Shown here one piece after another: positions 55,346 to 64,000 of a stretch of 64,000 nt of DNA (within the stretch, counting starts at the first letter, position 1; every line of letters starts with the position of its first letter). Source of the DNA: Bacilli bacterium (lineage in GTDB: Bacteria; Bacillota_I; Bacilli_A; RFN20; CAG-826); NCBI GenBank assembly GCA_045628045.1, contig JAZQOV010000003.1, forward strand, positions 64,001 to 128,000. Direction: 5' to 3'. The notes under the pieces are model-generated. The model ran no database searches, was not told where the DNA came from, and worked only from the letters and a program-made list of their open reading frames with translations. The translations under genes were made by a program, and so were the position numbers.

Positions 55346-55419
55346 TGGAGGTTCCTGTCAGAGTTGAACCGACGCTCATTGAGTTGCAGTCAATTGCCTT
55401 ACCACTTGGCTAAGGAACC
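55346..55419 (-). tRNA. tRNA-Cys (GCA)
   Basis: GGTTCCT acceptor, CTGCAAC loop, U73, CCA. Confidence 0.93.
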
Positions 55420-55465
55420 AGCGCGATAAATTATATCACTCACATAAATATCTAACAAGTTAGAA

Positions 55466-57076
55466 TTATTTTCTTGCTTCTTCGAGTTTCTTTCTGATTA
55501 TTTTCTTCGAAACGAAATATGCGATTAAAACAAGTAATGCAACGCCTTCTACGCAAAAGACAATAATTGCCCATGTTGGAAGTGCGTTTGTACGAACAGA
55601 TTCCCACATATCAAGAAGTTTGGCAGTGTCCTCTTCTGGGAAATTGTTCATAATTGCGCATCTATCAAGAGTTTCCTCAAGAGGATATTGAGCACTTAAT
55701 TCTCTTCCAACATAATCTGGATCTGCGTATAAAACACAATCTTCTTCAGTGTATTCTTCTAAAGAATCTTTAAAGAAATACGATAAATCGTATTTAATAT
55801 AATCTTCATCTTCTACAAGATCTTCCACTAATGTAATTTCACCAGTTTCTTCATCTTCAATTTCGGTTGCACCAACAACGCCACGAACATCGTAGCAATC
55901 ATACATATAATCAAGCATTGCGTCGCCAGCAACTGCAGGTGTGTAACCAACACAATAACAGTTTTGTGCAGCAATTTCTGGAGTACACATGAACTCAATA
56001 AATTCTTCTGCCAATGCATATTGTGCCTTTTCTTTATCGGTTTGATTGGCTTCATCTTTTGCATTTTTTGGCATGCAGAAGCAGTCAAACCATAGGTTAG
56101 AAGCACCTTTTCCATCTTCTCCTTGATAAGTTGTCGGAATGGAATAATAGAGTTCAAGATCATTATCTCTTGCTTCAGTAATTGCCCAAGTTGCATCACC
56201 ACTCCAGCACATATTTGCACCTATTTTTTGAGTGGTCATATCAGTTTTTCCGGAGTCTGTTTCAAAACCAAACGCATTGGCCTTAAGTTCGTTCATGTCT
56301 TTCTTAACTTCTTCAAAAGTTTGATCGCTATGACGATTAAAAATATCGGTTAATTCTTCATAAGAAGAAACATTTGCAATTTCCTCGCCATAAGTATGAA
56401 TTAATGAAACAGCAAAAGCATCACGAACCGAATCTTTAATTGAGAATGTTCCTTCAAGAACCTCGCCATAAAGCGAATCCCAGTCTTTCATTAATTCATG
56501 AATTTCATCAACTGAAACACCACGATTTTCTTCGTAATATGCTGGGTTATACATAATGCCCATTGTTCCCCACATGTATGGAACAGAATAATCAGCAATT
56601 TTTGCGGTTACATTATCAACTAAATTTGTTGATTCGATCTTTCCATAAACATCATCGATAAATGGAGAAATGTTTACCCAAATGTCATCTTTCTTCACAA
56701 ATTTGTGAAGCATATCATTTGCATAAAGCTTTTGAACCATGTAGTCAGAAGGAATGCAAATGTCGTAAGTTGTTTTACCAGTTTTGAGTTCATTAAACAT
56801 GGTTTCGTTTGTATCGAAAGTATCATAAATTACTTCGATTTTTTCACCATATTTTTCGAAATAGTAATCAGCAAATTGGTCAATCATATCTTCTTGATAA
56901 TCATGTTCACCAACAGCGTATTCCTCATCGCCTTCTTCATATTCATAAATATAGTCTTCAGAATTTAAAATTCTGAGGACTCTAGTTTCATTTTTATCAT
57001 TTGAACAACCTGCTAAAAGAGTTGATGTAAGTAAAGCAAGAGGACAAAGCGAAATTAATTTTTTAAATTTAAACAT
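55466..57076 (-). CDS. potD: Spermidine/putrescine ABC transporter substrate-binding lipoprotein
   Basis: Lipobox LLAGC, FDTNETM, PSDYMV, PYMWGT, WSGDA; extra C-terminal TM. Confidence 0.9.
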   Translation of the reverse strand: MFKFKKLISLCPLALLTSTLLAGCSNDKNETRVLRILNSEDYIYEYEEGDEEYAVGEHDYQEDMIDQFADYYFEKYGEKIEVIYDTFDTNETMFNELKTGKTTYDICIPSDYMVQKLYANDMLHKFVKKDDIWVNISPFIDDVYGKIESTNLVDNVTAKIADYSVPYMWGTMGIMYNPAYYEENRGVSVDEIHELMKDWDSLYGEVLEGTFSIKDSVRDAFAVSLIHTYGEEIANVSSYEELTDIFNRHSDQTFEEVKKDMNELKANAFGFETDSGKTDMTTQKIGANMCWSGDATWAITEARDNDLELYYSIPTTYQGEDGKGASNLWFDCFCMPKNAKDEANQTDKEKAQYALAEEFIEFMCTPEIAAQNCYCVGYTPAVAGDAMLDYMYDCYDVRGVVGATEIEDEETGEITLVEDLVEDEDYIKYDLSYFFKDSLEEYTEEDCVLYADPDYVGRELSAQYPLEETLDRCAIMNNFPEEDTAKLLDMWESVRTNALPTWAIIVFCVEGVALLVLIAYFVSKKIIRKKLEEARK

Positions 57077-57926
57077 TTTCTCTCCCCTTTCTTACCTTGG
57101 CTTTTTTATCTTGTTTGTTCTTATAGAACATAACTCCAATGGCAACAAGTAAAACGACAACAAAAATGATTAATGTTAATGGACGCATTTCTGGAGGAAT
57201 TGGTCCTTTCTTTAATTTTGACTGAATTAAAGTTGATAAAGTTTCAATTGTTTTTTCTCCAGAAAGAAGTCCTGCACCACGAGTAAATGCAGTGACAATA
57301 AAGTCATCAAGTGACAAAGTCACTGATAAAAGGAATCCAGATAAAATTCCTGGCATAATTTCAGGAATTATAACCTTATATAAACCTTGTCTTGGAGTTG
57401 CACCTAAGTCTAAAGCAGCCTCGTAAAGGAATGGATCCATTTGTTGAAGTTTTGGTTTAACTGAAAGATAAACAAATGGAAGACCTAAAATTACATGGCC
57501 AATAAGTAAGGTCCAGAAATTAAATTCAACTCCAACAAAAACAAACATAACAACGAGTGAAAGTGCAATAACAATTTCAGGGTTTGAAACTGGAATTTGA
57601 GTTGATAATTCAATAGCTTTTTGAGCTTTCTTCTTTGAGTAGAAAGCGCCAATTGCTCCAAGAGTTCCTAAAATTGTTGCGACTAATGCTGAAACAACTG
57701 CAACAATGACTGTGTTGCCTAAGGCAACCCAAATCTCATTTGCTATTTTTGTATCACTAAAAAGATTTTGCCAATAAATTAGCGAAAACCAACTTTCTCC
57801 TTCTGCTACACCATCGCCAATTGAGGTGACTCCAGAAAATGAGAAAGCAATTAAAACTAAAATAGGAAGATACATCAAAAGTAAAATTAGATAGATGTAA
57901 CTTTTTGCGAGTATTTTCTTTACCAT
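57069..57926 (-). CDS. potC: Polyamine ABC permease
   Basis: EAALDLGA, TLSLDDF. Confidence 0.92.
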   Translation of the reverse strand: MVKKILAKSYIYLILLLMYLPILVLIAFSFSGVTSIGDGVAEGESWFSLIYWQNLFSDTKIANEIWVALGNTVIVAVVSALVATILGTLGAIGAFYSKKKAQKAIELSTQIPVSNPEIVIALSLVVMFVFVGVEFNFWTLLIGHVILGLPFVYLSVKPKLQQMDPFLYEAALDLGATPRQGLYKVIIPEIMPGILSGFLLSVTLSLDDFIVTAFTRGAGLLSGEKTIETLSTLIQSKLKKGPIPPEMRPLTLIIFVVVLLVAIGVMFYKNKQDKKAKVRKGRENV

Positions 57927-58711
57927 AATCCACCTCGCACTTCCTCTGACTTACGACCATTGGTTCCCCACATGGTAAGTAAGACAAGAATTAATAAAAG
58001 TAATGCAGTAAATGAACCATTATTCCATTGTGAGTTAGCAAAGCTAAGGTAAATAGAATTACCAATTAAAGTAATGTTTCCTTCACTAAGTGCATCAGAG
58101 ATAACATAAGATGACATAACTGGCATTAATGTCATTGTGATAGCAGAAATAATTCCTGGTAATGATTGAGGAATTACGTTTCTCACAAAAACATTAAATG
58201 GAGAAGCCCCTAAGTCTGCTGCTGCTTCCATTTGGCTTCTATCTATTTTTAACATTGTGGAATAAAGAGGAAGAATAACAAATGGAAGATAGTTATAAAC
58301 CATTCCAATAAGTGTTGCAGCGTATGGATGATCTCCACCTGTAATTCCAATTGCGAAAAGAATGTCTCTTGTGGCTGCAGTTCTTAAAACGAAGTTAATC
58401 CACATTGGCATTATAAATAGCATTACAAGTACAATATTTTTATTATATTTCTTGCTAGCAAGAAAATAAGCAATTGGATAACCAATTAATAAACAAATTA
58501 TTGTGGTTTGAACTGCTATAAATAGCGATACCATAAGAACATGGAATTTTGATGTATCACTAAAGAATTTTCTTGCAGCATCAAAAGACAATGATCCTGA
58601 AGCATCACTAAATGCATAGTAAGCAATAAGAACCATTGGAATTATGATGAAAAGTGCCATGAAAATGACATAAGGAATAGAGAAATACTTTCTCTGAAAC
58701 CTAAATTTCAT
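57920..58711 (-). CDS. potB: Polyamine ABC permease
   Basis: [27 protein letters not shown]. Confidence 0.92.
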   Translation of the reverse strand: MKFRFQRKYFSIPYVIFMALFIIIPMVLIAYYAFSDASGSLSFDAARKFFSDTSKFHVLMVSLFIAVQTTIICLLIGYPIAYFLASKKYNKNIVLVMLFIMPMWINFVLRTAATRDILFAIGITGGDHPYAATLIGMVYNYLPFVILPLYSTMLKIDRSQMEAAADLGASPFNVFVRNVIPQSLPGIISAITMTLMPVMSSYVISDALSEGNITLIGNSIYLSFANSQWNNGSFTALLLLILVLLTMWGTNGRKSEEVRGGLW

Positions 58712-60209
58712 ATTCAGAAATATCTCCTTTTAATCTAATAGAAACATCTTCTTTTTCAACTTTTAAAGTAACGATGTCGTTTTCATGAAGTTCATATTGA
58801 GTATCCATGACAAATTCGTCATCTTCTTCGGTTCTTACGATTACTGCGTAGTGGTCTCCTTTATAAAGGATGCTCACTACTGTACCCTTAATTTGACCTT
58901 CATCATTATCATAAATATCGATTTTCTCTTTATCAATTTCGACAGTGAGTTTAGCGCCTTCTAAATCGTATTTTTTGTTGCCTTTTACAAGATAACCTTC
59001 TTCATCAATTTTTGATCCCGGAAGAAGCTTAGTTAAATCAACGTCTAAATAACCATTTGCAACTTCAACAGTATTATCTTTTTGAACTTCACAGTTAGGA
59101 AAAACGTTTCTAATTTCAAACTTTTTCATAACATGAATTCCATCTGGAACAATGTCGATTGCAAGTTCTTTATCTTCATAATTCACAGTTGATTTTGCAA
59201 CCATTTCATTTTTACCAATTTGAATGAAATATTCGTAATAAATTCCCTTGAAAACCTTTGATGTAACTTCGCCAAAAATTTTGGAATCTTTAGATTTCTC
59301 CGAAATAATTACGTCTTCTGGACGAACGACAACATCAACACGTTCATCTTTGGCGTAATCATCTAAACATTTCCATTCTTTTCCAAGGAACTTAACCATC
59401 TTTTCACCAGTCATTACACCATTTAATAAGTTTGATTCACCAATAAAGTCAGCAACGAAAACGTTCTTTGGTTCGTTATAAATTTCTTCTGGAGTTCCAA
59501 CTTGTTGAACAACACCATGATTCATAACAACAATAATGTCTGACATAGTCAAAGCTTCTTCTTGATCATGCGTAACATAAATAAATGTAATGCCAAGTTT
59601 CTTGTGCATTTCTTTTAATTCAATTTGCATGTCTTTTCTCATCTTTAAGTCAAGAGCACCTAAAGGTTCGTCAAGCAAAAGAATTTCTGGTTTATTAATA
59701 ATACATCTTGCTATAGCAACACGTTGTTGTTGACCACCCGAAAGAGTTGTGATGTCTCTATCTTCAAGTTCATCAAGATCAACAATCTTTAAAGCTCTGG
59801 TGACCATTTCGTCAATTTCAGCAGCTTTATAGTGTCTATATTTTGTGACTTTTTCACCTTTTCTATTTGTGGCTTCGTATGGAACTTTTTTAAATTTAAG
59901 TCCGAATGCAACGTTATCATAAACGTCTAAATGTGGAAACAACGCATAGCGTTGGAAAACTGTATTAATTGGTCTTTTATAAGGTGGAAGTTTTGTGATG
60001 TCTTCACCATTTAAAAGAATTGTTCCTCCAGTTGGGAGTTCAAATCCACCAATCATTCTAAGTGTTGTGGTTTTACCACATCCTGAAGGTCCAAGTATTG
60101 TGACAAATTGACCTTTTTTAATGTCTAAAGAAAAATGGTCGACCGCGTTAAAGTCGCCATAACTTTTTACGACATTACTTAATGAGATAATTACTTCTTC
60201 GGATGCCAT
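58701..60209 (-). CDS. potA: Polyamine ABC ATPase with extended TOBE C-terminus
   Basis: [36 protein letters not shown]. Confidence 0.95.
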   Translation of the reverse strand: MASEEVIISLSNVVKSYGDFNAVDHFSLDIKKGQFVTILGPSGCGKTTTLRMIGGFELPTGGTILLNGEDITKLPPYKRPINTVFQRYALFPHLDVYDNVAFGLKFKKVPYEATNRKGEKVTKYRHYKAAEIDEMVTRALKIVDLDELEDRDITTLSGGQQQRVAIARCIINKPEILLLDEPLGALDLKMRKDMQIELKEMHKKLGITFIYVTHDQEEALTMSDIIVVMNHGVVQQVGTPEEIYNEPKNVFVADFIGESNLLNGVMTGEKMVKFLGKEWKCLDDYAKDERVDVVVRPEDVIISEKSKDSKIFGEVTSKVFKGIYYEYFIQIGKNEMVAKSTVNYEDKELAIDIVPDGIHVMKKFEIRNVFPNCEVQKDNTVEVANGYLDVDLTKLLPGSKIDEEGYLVKGNKKYDLEGAKLTVEIDKEKIDIYDNDEGQIKGTVVSILYKGDHYAVIVRTEEDDEFVMDTQYELHENDIVTLKVEKEDVSIRLKGDISEYEI

Positions 60210-60424
60210 AAGCTACCCTCCATAACCAAGACAATAAATACGGGAAACAAACTTAATCAAAAATCTAAGTCGCAAAAATAATAAATAAACCCATCAAAAA
60301 AAGCAACAAAATTTTATCAAAAAATTGTACGCTAATATCTAGGGGGTAATCAAAGATTCCCCCCTCTATATTGTGAATTTTTGTCACTTGTGAAAATTAA
60401 AGAAAAAATGTATAATAATTTCCA

Positions 60425-61486
60425 ATGAAAAATTTAGCGAGATTTTTACTCCCAATTGTAATCCTTGGATCTACAAATTTAGTAGGCTGCAAAAACAAAG
60501 AAGACAAACGCATTCTTCTTTCTTTTGGCGATGTTCATACTGATGGTTATAAATCGATTACAGTTGATGAACTTAGTAATGCCATCATTAATAAAGAAAG
60601 TTTTATTGTTGTTATTAATACTGAAACATGCGGTTGTTGGGACAAATTTGAACCTAATTTAGCTAAATACGTTAAAGACAACAAGCTTTTGTGTTATAAA
60701 GTTTCCGCTAATGATTTCCTTCACCTTCCAATGAATAATCGTTATGGTCTTTCTGAAGTTACTAGTAGCACCACTACTTTTGCAATTTTTGAACAAGGAA
60801 ATTTGAAACAATCACTCAATACAAATAAGAATAGCGACATCATGTATGAATACAAAAACTTCGAAAAATACATGAATGAAACAGTTGTTCTCCCAAAAGT
60901 CTTTTTCATAGAAAAAGATGACGTCAATATCATTAAAGAATCCGGAAAAAATGCCATTATTTATTTTGAAAGAAATGGATGTGGAGATTGTAATACTTTA
61001 AATCCAACTATCCTTTACTCATACATTAAAAATAATCCGAATATGAACAACATTTATGTCTTGGATTGCCAAGATTATTATCGCAAATCAACTGACCCAT
61101 ATTTTGAAAATTATGTTGCATTTAAAAATGAAATGGGGATGGCTATAGAAAATAATCCAGTTTATGGATTTGGTGCTGGAGTATTTCCGTTCTTCAGTTT
61201 TATTGAAAACAAAGAATATAAATCCGGTTGTGTCATTTATAATGACGAACTTGAAACTGTTGATGGAAAAACCACAATTAAAAATTCATATTACACCACC
61301 GAAAGAAATGAGGTTCTTGATTACACAGATGTTGTGCTTCAAGGAAAAGAAATTCCAGAAAGTGAATTACAAACTAATGCTTATGGCTTTAAATCTTGGA
61401 GTTATGAATTCCAAAACAAATGCTACGAAGGAATTCTGAAATCATTCCTTGATACAAAATTACCTTTGGTAAATTACCTATTCTAA
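60425..61486 (+). CDS. Lipoprotein with two thioredoxin-like domains
   Basis: Lipobox LVGC; CGCW and CGDC motifs. Confidence 0.65.
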   Translation: MKNLARFLLPIVILGSTNLVGCKNKEDKRILLSFGDVHTDGYKSITVDELSNAIINKESFIVVINTETCGCWDKFEPNLAKYVKDNKLLCYKVSANDFLHLPMNNRYGLSEVTSSTTTFAIFEQGNLKQSLNTNKNSDIMYEYKNFEKYMNETVVLPKVFFIEKDDVNIIKESGKNAIIYFERNGCGDCNTLNPTILYSYIKNNPNMNNIYVLDCQDYYRKSTDPYFENYVAFKNEMGMAIENNPVYGFGAGVFPFFSFIENKEYKSGCVIYNDELETVDGKTTIKNSYYTTERNEVLDYTDVVLQGKEIPESELQTNAYGFKSWSYEFQNKCYEGILKSFLDTKLPLVNYLF

Positions 61487-61543
61487 AATAAAAATCCGCG
61501 ATTTGAAGTGACCCCCAATTTGGACACTTAAATAAAAAAGACT

Positions 61544-62368
61544 TTATGAACAGGAATCGCTAAGGTTCCTGTTTTTTAATCGTTTTGTGTTATAAAATTC
61601 AATCCATTCTTCGACAAGTTGAATATAATGATCCAAAGATGTGATATTATTGTTATACAAAGTTTCTTTTTTAAGGATTCCGTGCCAACTCTCCATTGGG
61701 GAGTCATCAATTGGCGTTCCCTTTCTGCTCATAGAAATGAGAATGCCGTTGGAATCGCAAATAGCTTTGTACTGAAAAGATGTGTATTGAAATCCTTGGT
61801 CACTGTGAATGATAAGATTGGATACATTCTTTTCTTTTTTTAGGGCTTTATTTAACGTGTCGATAACTAATCTCAAATCGTTAAATTTTGATATTTGATA
61901 TGCAACAACGTGACGATCATATAAATCCAAAATCGTTGACAAATATGCTCGTTTATTTCCCCATGATAAATAAGTAATATCTGTACACCATATTTGATTA
62001 AAACCTTTGGTTTTGAATTGTCTTTTCACTAAATTTGGTCGAACATTTTCCTCAATTCTTTTATAACCTAAATTTGGTCTAATTCGTTTAATATATTCTG
62101 GTTTTAGATTGTATTTTTTCATTATTCTTTGAATTTTCTTATGATTGTAAACAATCCCGTATTTCTGCTTTAGGCCTTCTTGGATTCTCCTATATCCATA
62201 TGTGCCTTTTGATTCATCAAAGATTTCTTTTATAAGTATGTAATCAAAATAATCAGGGTCTTCCTTATTTCGAAACTTATAGTAAGTTCTTTTTGAAATC
62301 TCTAAAGCTGCACATAGGTTCGAAAGCTTGTAATCATTTATATGTATTGAAATAAATGTTACTTTTTC
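61544..62368 (-). CDS. IS3 transposase OrfB (DDE), reached by -1 frameshift from OrfA
   Basis: WCTDITY, HSDQGFQY, MESWHGILKKE; frame stays open back to G AAA AAG at the end of orfA (EKVTFI...TYGYRRI). Confidence 0.9.
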   Translation of the reverse strand, partial: EKVTFISIHINDYKLSNLCAALEISKRTYYKFRNKEDPDYFDYILIKEIFDESKGTYGYRRIQEGLKQKYGIVYNHKKIQRIMKKYNLKPEYIKRIRPNLGYKRIEENVRPNLVKRQFKTKGFNQIWCTDITYLSWGNKRAYLSTILDLYDRHVVAYQISKFNDLRLVIDTLNKALKKEKNVSNLIIHSDQGFQYTSFQYKAICDSNGILISMSRKGTPIDDSPMESWHGILKKETLYNNNITSLDHYIQLVEEWIEFYNTKRLKNRNLSDSCS

Positions 62369-62661
62369 CCGTGTCGAGCTTCTAAGAAGGCCTGGTATTT
62401 TTTTAAGATTTCATACCTCTCTTTGTAATCTTCTAAAGTTAGATTCTGTAATTTGTGTCTTCCAGAGTTACCTTTCCAGTGATCTACTGTTACATCAATG
62501 CCGCGCTTGCGCTTAGAAAGCCATGTTTTAATTGTGTTATAACTTATTCCGTATTTTCGCCCCAATGTTCTAACAGAGCCAAAACCATCATCATACTCTT
62601 TGAGTATTATTAGTTTCAACTGAGGCGCGACTTTTTGAAATTTTTGCCCTTTACTAGCCAT
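62359..62661 (-). CDS. IS3 transposase OrfA (HTH)
   Basis: MASKGQKF...SVRTLGRKYGISYNTIKTW...ERYEILKK. Confidence 0.9.
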   Translation of the reverse strand: MASKGQKFQKVAPQLKLIILKEYDDGFGSVRTLGRKYGISYNTIKTWLSKRKRGIDVTVDHWKGNSGRHKLQNLTLEDYKERYEILKKYQAFLEARHGKK

Positions 62662-62744
62662 AATAAAAACCTCCTATCAGAATTATACGATAGAAGGTCT
62701 TTTCTTTCTTGTGAACTAAATGGGGTTCAGTTCAATTGCGGATT

Positions 62745-63116
62745 TTATTTTTTGCCAAGAAGTTCTTCTTTCTTTTTATCCAAATCTTCTTTTGTAATTA
62801 AATTCTTTTTGTATAAATCTTCATATTGTTCATAAAGCTTTTGTTCTTTTGATTTTGGAAGATCTTTTACATCTACAATTTTAACTGTGACCTTTGGTCC
62901 TTTATCAGAATTAAATCTATTTTCCCTTGATTGGTTCACTAATCTTAAGATTAAAACAATCACAGAAACAACACCAAGGAATGATGCTACATAAAAGAAA
63001 ATATTGCTCAAATTAACAATTTTGAAAATTTCTAAAATTGTAGCAGCAAACGCTGATGCAATTCCGAGCACCACAGAAACTAATCCAATGTAATATAAAA
63101 CTTTATCTTTATTCAT
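62745..63116 (-). CDS. Small membrane protein with C-terminal SHOCT-like domain
   Basis: Two TM segments; LYKKNLITKEDLDKKKEELL. Confidence 0.7.
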   Translation of the reverse strand: MNKDKVLYYIGLVSVVLGIASAFAATILEIFKIVNLSNIFFYVASFLGVVSVIVLILRLVNQSRENRFNSDKGPKVTVKIVDVKDLPKSKEQKLYEQYEDLYKKNLITKEDLDKKKEELLGKK

Positions 63117-64000
63117 GATCTTAATCTATCTGTAACTTCTTGAGCTTTTGCAAAAATATCATCAACTTTTTCATTTAAGAAAAATTCGTGATTGTAATAT
63201 AAAATCTTGCCGTTAATCATTGTCATTTTAACGCAATCTTTCGATCCTGAATAAACAATGTTTTTGGCAATATTATTTAAAGGCTGCATAGCAGGATTCT
63301 TCAAGTCAATCATAATTATATCTGCATATTTGCCTTCTTTAAGAATGTCAGAATTACTAAGTCCTAAAGCATGTGCACCATTAACTGTGGCCATCTTTAA
63401 AACATCAAGTCCATTCATAATCGAAGCATCTTTATTTGTGACTTTTTGAAGTGTTGAAACAAGATACATTTCTCTAAACATATCTAAAGCATTATTTGAT
63501 GCTGCTCCATCAGTTCCAATAGCAATAGGTAAACCTGCTTTTTGATATCTTGCTAAAGGAGCAATTCCTGATGCAAGTTTTAGGTTAGAACATGGACAAG
63601 TTACAACGTAGCAATTATGTTTCTTAAAGATTTCGACTTCTTCATCAGTGAAATAGTTACAATGGAATCCACCGCCACCATAATCAAAAAATCCTAATGA
63701 ATCTAGATATTTAACTGGGGTCATTCCGTGTCTTTCAACACAACCATTTACTTCATTTTCTGTTTCACCAACATGTAAATAAATTGGAGCTTTAAGTTCA
63801 TGTGCTAAAGCAACAACATCTTTAATTCTTTCTTCCTTAGTTGTGTATTCAGCATGAATACCTAAAAAGTAAGAGCAAAGAGCATCTTTTTTATTAATTG
63901 TTAAGTATCTTTCTCTTAAAAGAGAAATTGGTTCTTGATCACTTGTTGCAAGTATTACTGATCTAAAGCCCATTTCTTCGCTAGCTTTAACAATTTCTGG
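63113..64000 (-). CDS. Metal-dependent amidohydrolase (MtaD/SAH-MTA deaminase-like), 5' end outside the window
   Basis: HAEYT, HVGET..E, PCSNLKLASG, GTDGAASNN, ATVNGA. Confidence 0.85.
   Translation of the reverse strand, partial: PEIVKASEEMGFRSVILATSDQEPISLLRERYLTINKKDALCSYFLGIHAEYTTKEERIKDVVALAHELKAPIYLHVGETENEVNGCVERHGMTPVKYLDSLGFFDYGGGGFHCNYFTDEEVEIFKKHNCYVVTCPCSNLKLASGIAPLARYQKAGLPIAIGTDGAASNNALDMFREMYLVSTLQKVTNKDASIMNGLDVLKMATVNGAHALGLSNSDILKEGKYADIIMIDLKNPAMQPLNNIAKNIVYSGSKDCVKMTMINGKILYYNHEFFLNEKVDDIFAKAQEVTDRLRS

Larger units (their letters stand above)
61504..62734 (-). mobile_element. IS3-family insertion sequence, 1231 bp
   Basis: TG...CA ends, imperfect IRs TGAAGTGACCCCCA / TGAACTGAACCCCA, 3-bp target duplication ATT, orfA plus orfB. 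Confidence 0.93.

Noticed and set aside
61544-62122. OrfB as a truncated pseudogene
   Set aside because: The frame is open upstream to the orfA slippery site, consistent with normal -1 frameshift expression.
1-64000. Mycoplasma-type genetic code 4 (TGA=Trp)
   Set aside because: Conserved genes translate full-length in code 11, and TGA serves as a stop (truB, PrsW).

Overview
Low-GC (about 30% by eye) chromosomal window from a Firmicute. Gene content and style suggest an uncultured, reduced-genome Bacilli lineage (RF39/RFN20/Erysipelotrichales-like; inference), using genetic code 11. The core is a minus-strand translation cluster (rimP-nusA-infB-rbfA, interrupted by galK and an inverted ttcA, then truB-ribF-rpsO-pnp), an aconitase X (DUF521/DUF126) plus enoate-reductase operon, potABCD, an ABC exporter pair, eight tRNAs and an intact IS3-family element. 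Two integrase-less accessory regions sit next to tRNA 3' ends: about 25.6-36.4 kb at tRNA-fMet and about 41.0-44.6 kb at tRNA-Ser. The most notable items are: (1) a PBECR4-like nuclease preceded by a promoter and three ~31-nt degenerate repeats that can form ToxI-like pseudoknots, a candidate new type III (RNA antitoxin) toxin-antitoxin family; (2) a PrsW-family protease operon flanked by two unrelated secreted proteins that share a C-terminal G-x-h-h-S-x-G-S/transmembrane/basic tail, a candidate new protein-sorting system; (3) accessory genes bracketed by repeated palindromic or triple-box sites, resembling gene cassettes, including an operator-like palindrome duplicated inside the coding sequence of a Bro-N/Fic gene; (4) two CAU tRNAs with C33 and aberrant T-arms. 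All family assignments come from motif recognition by eye; no database searches were run.
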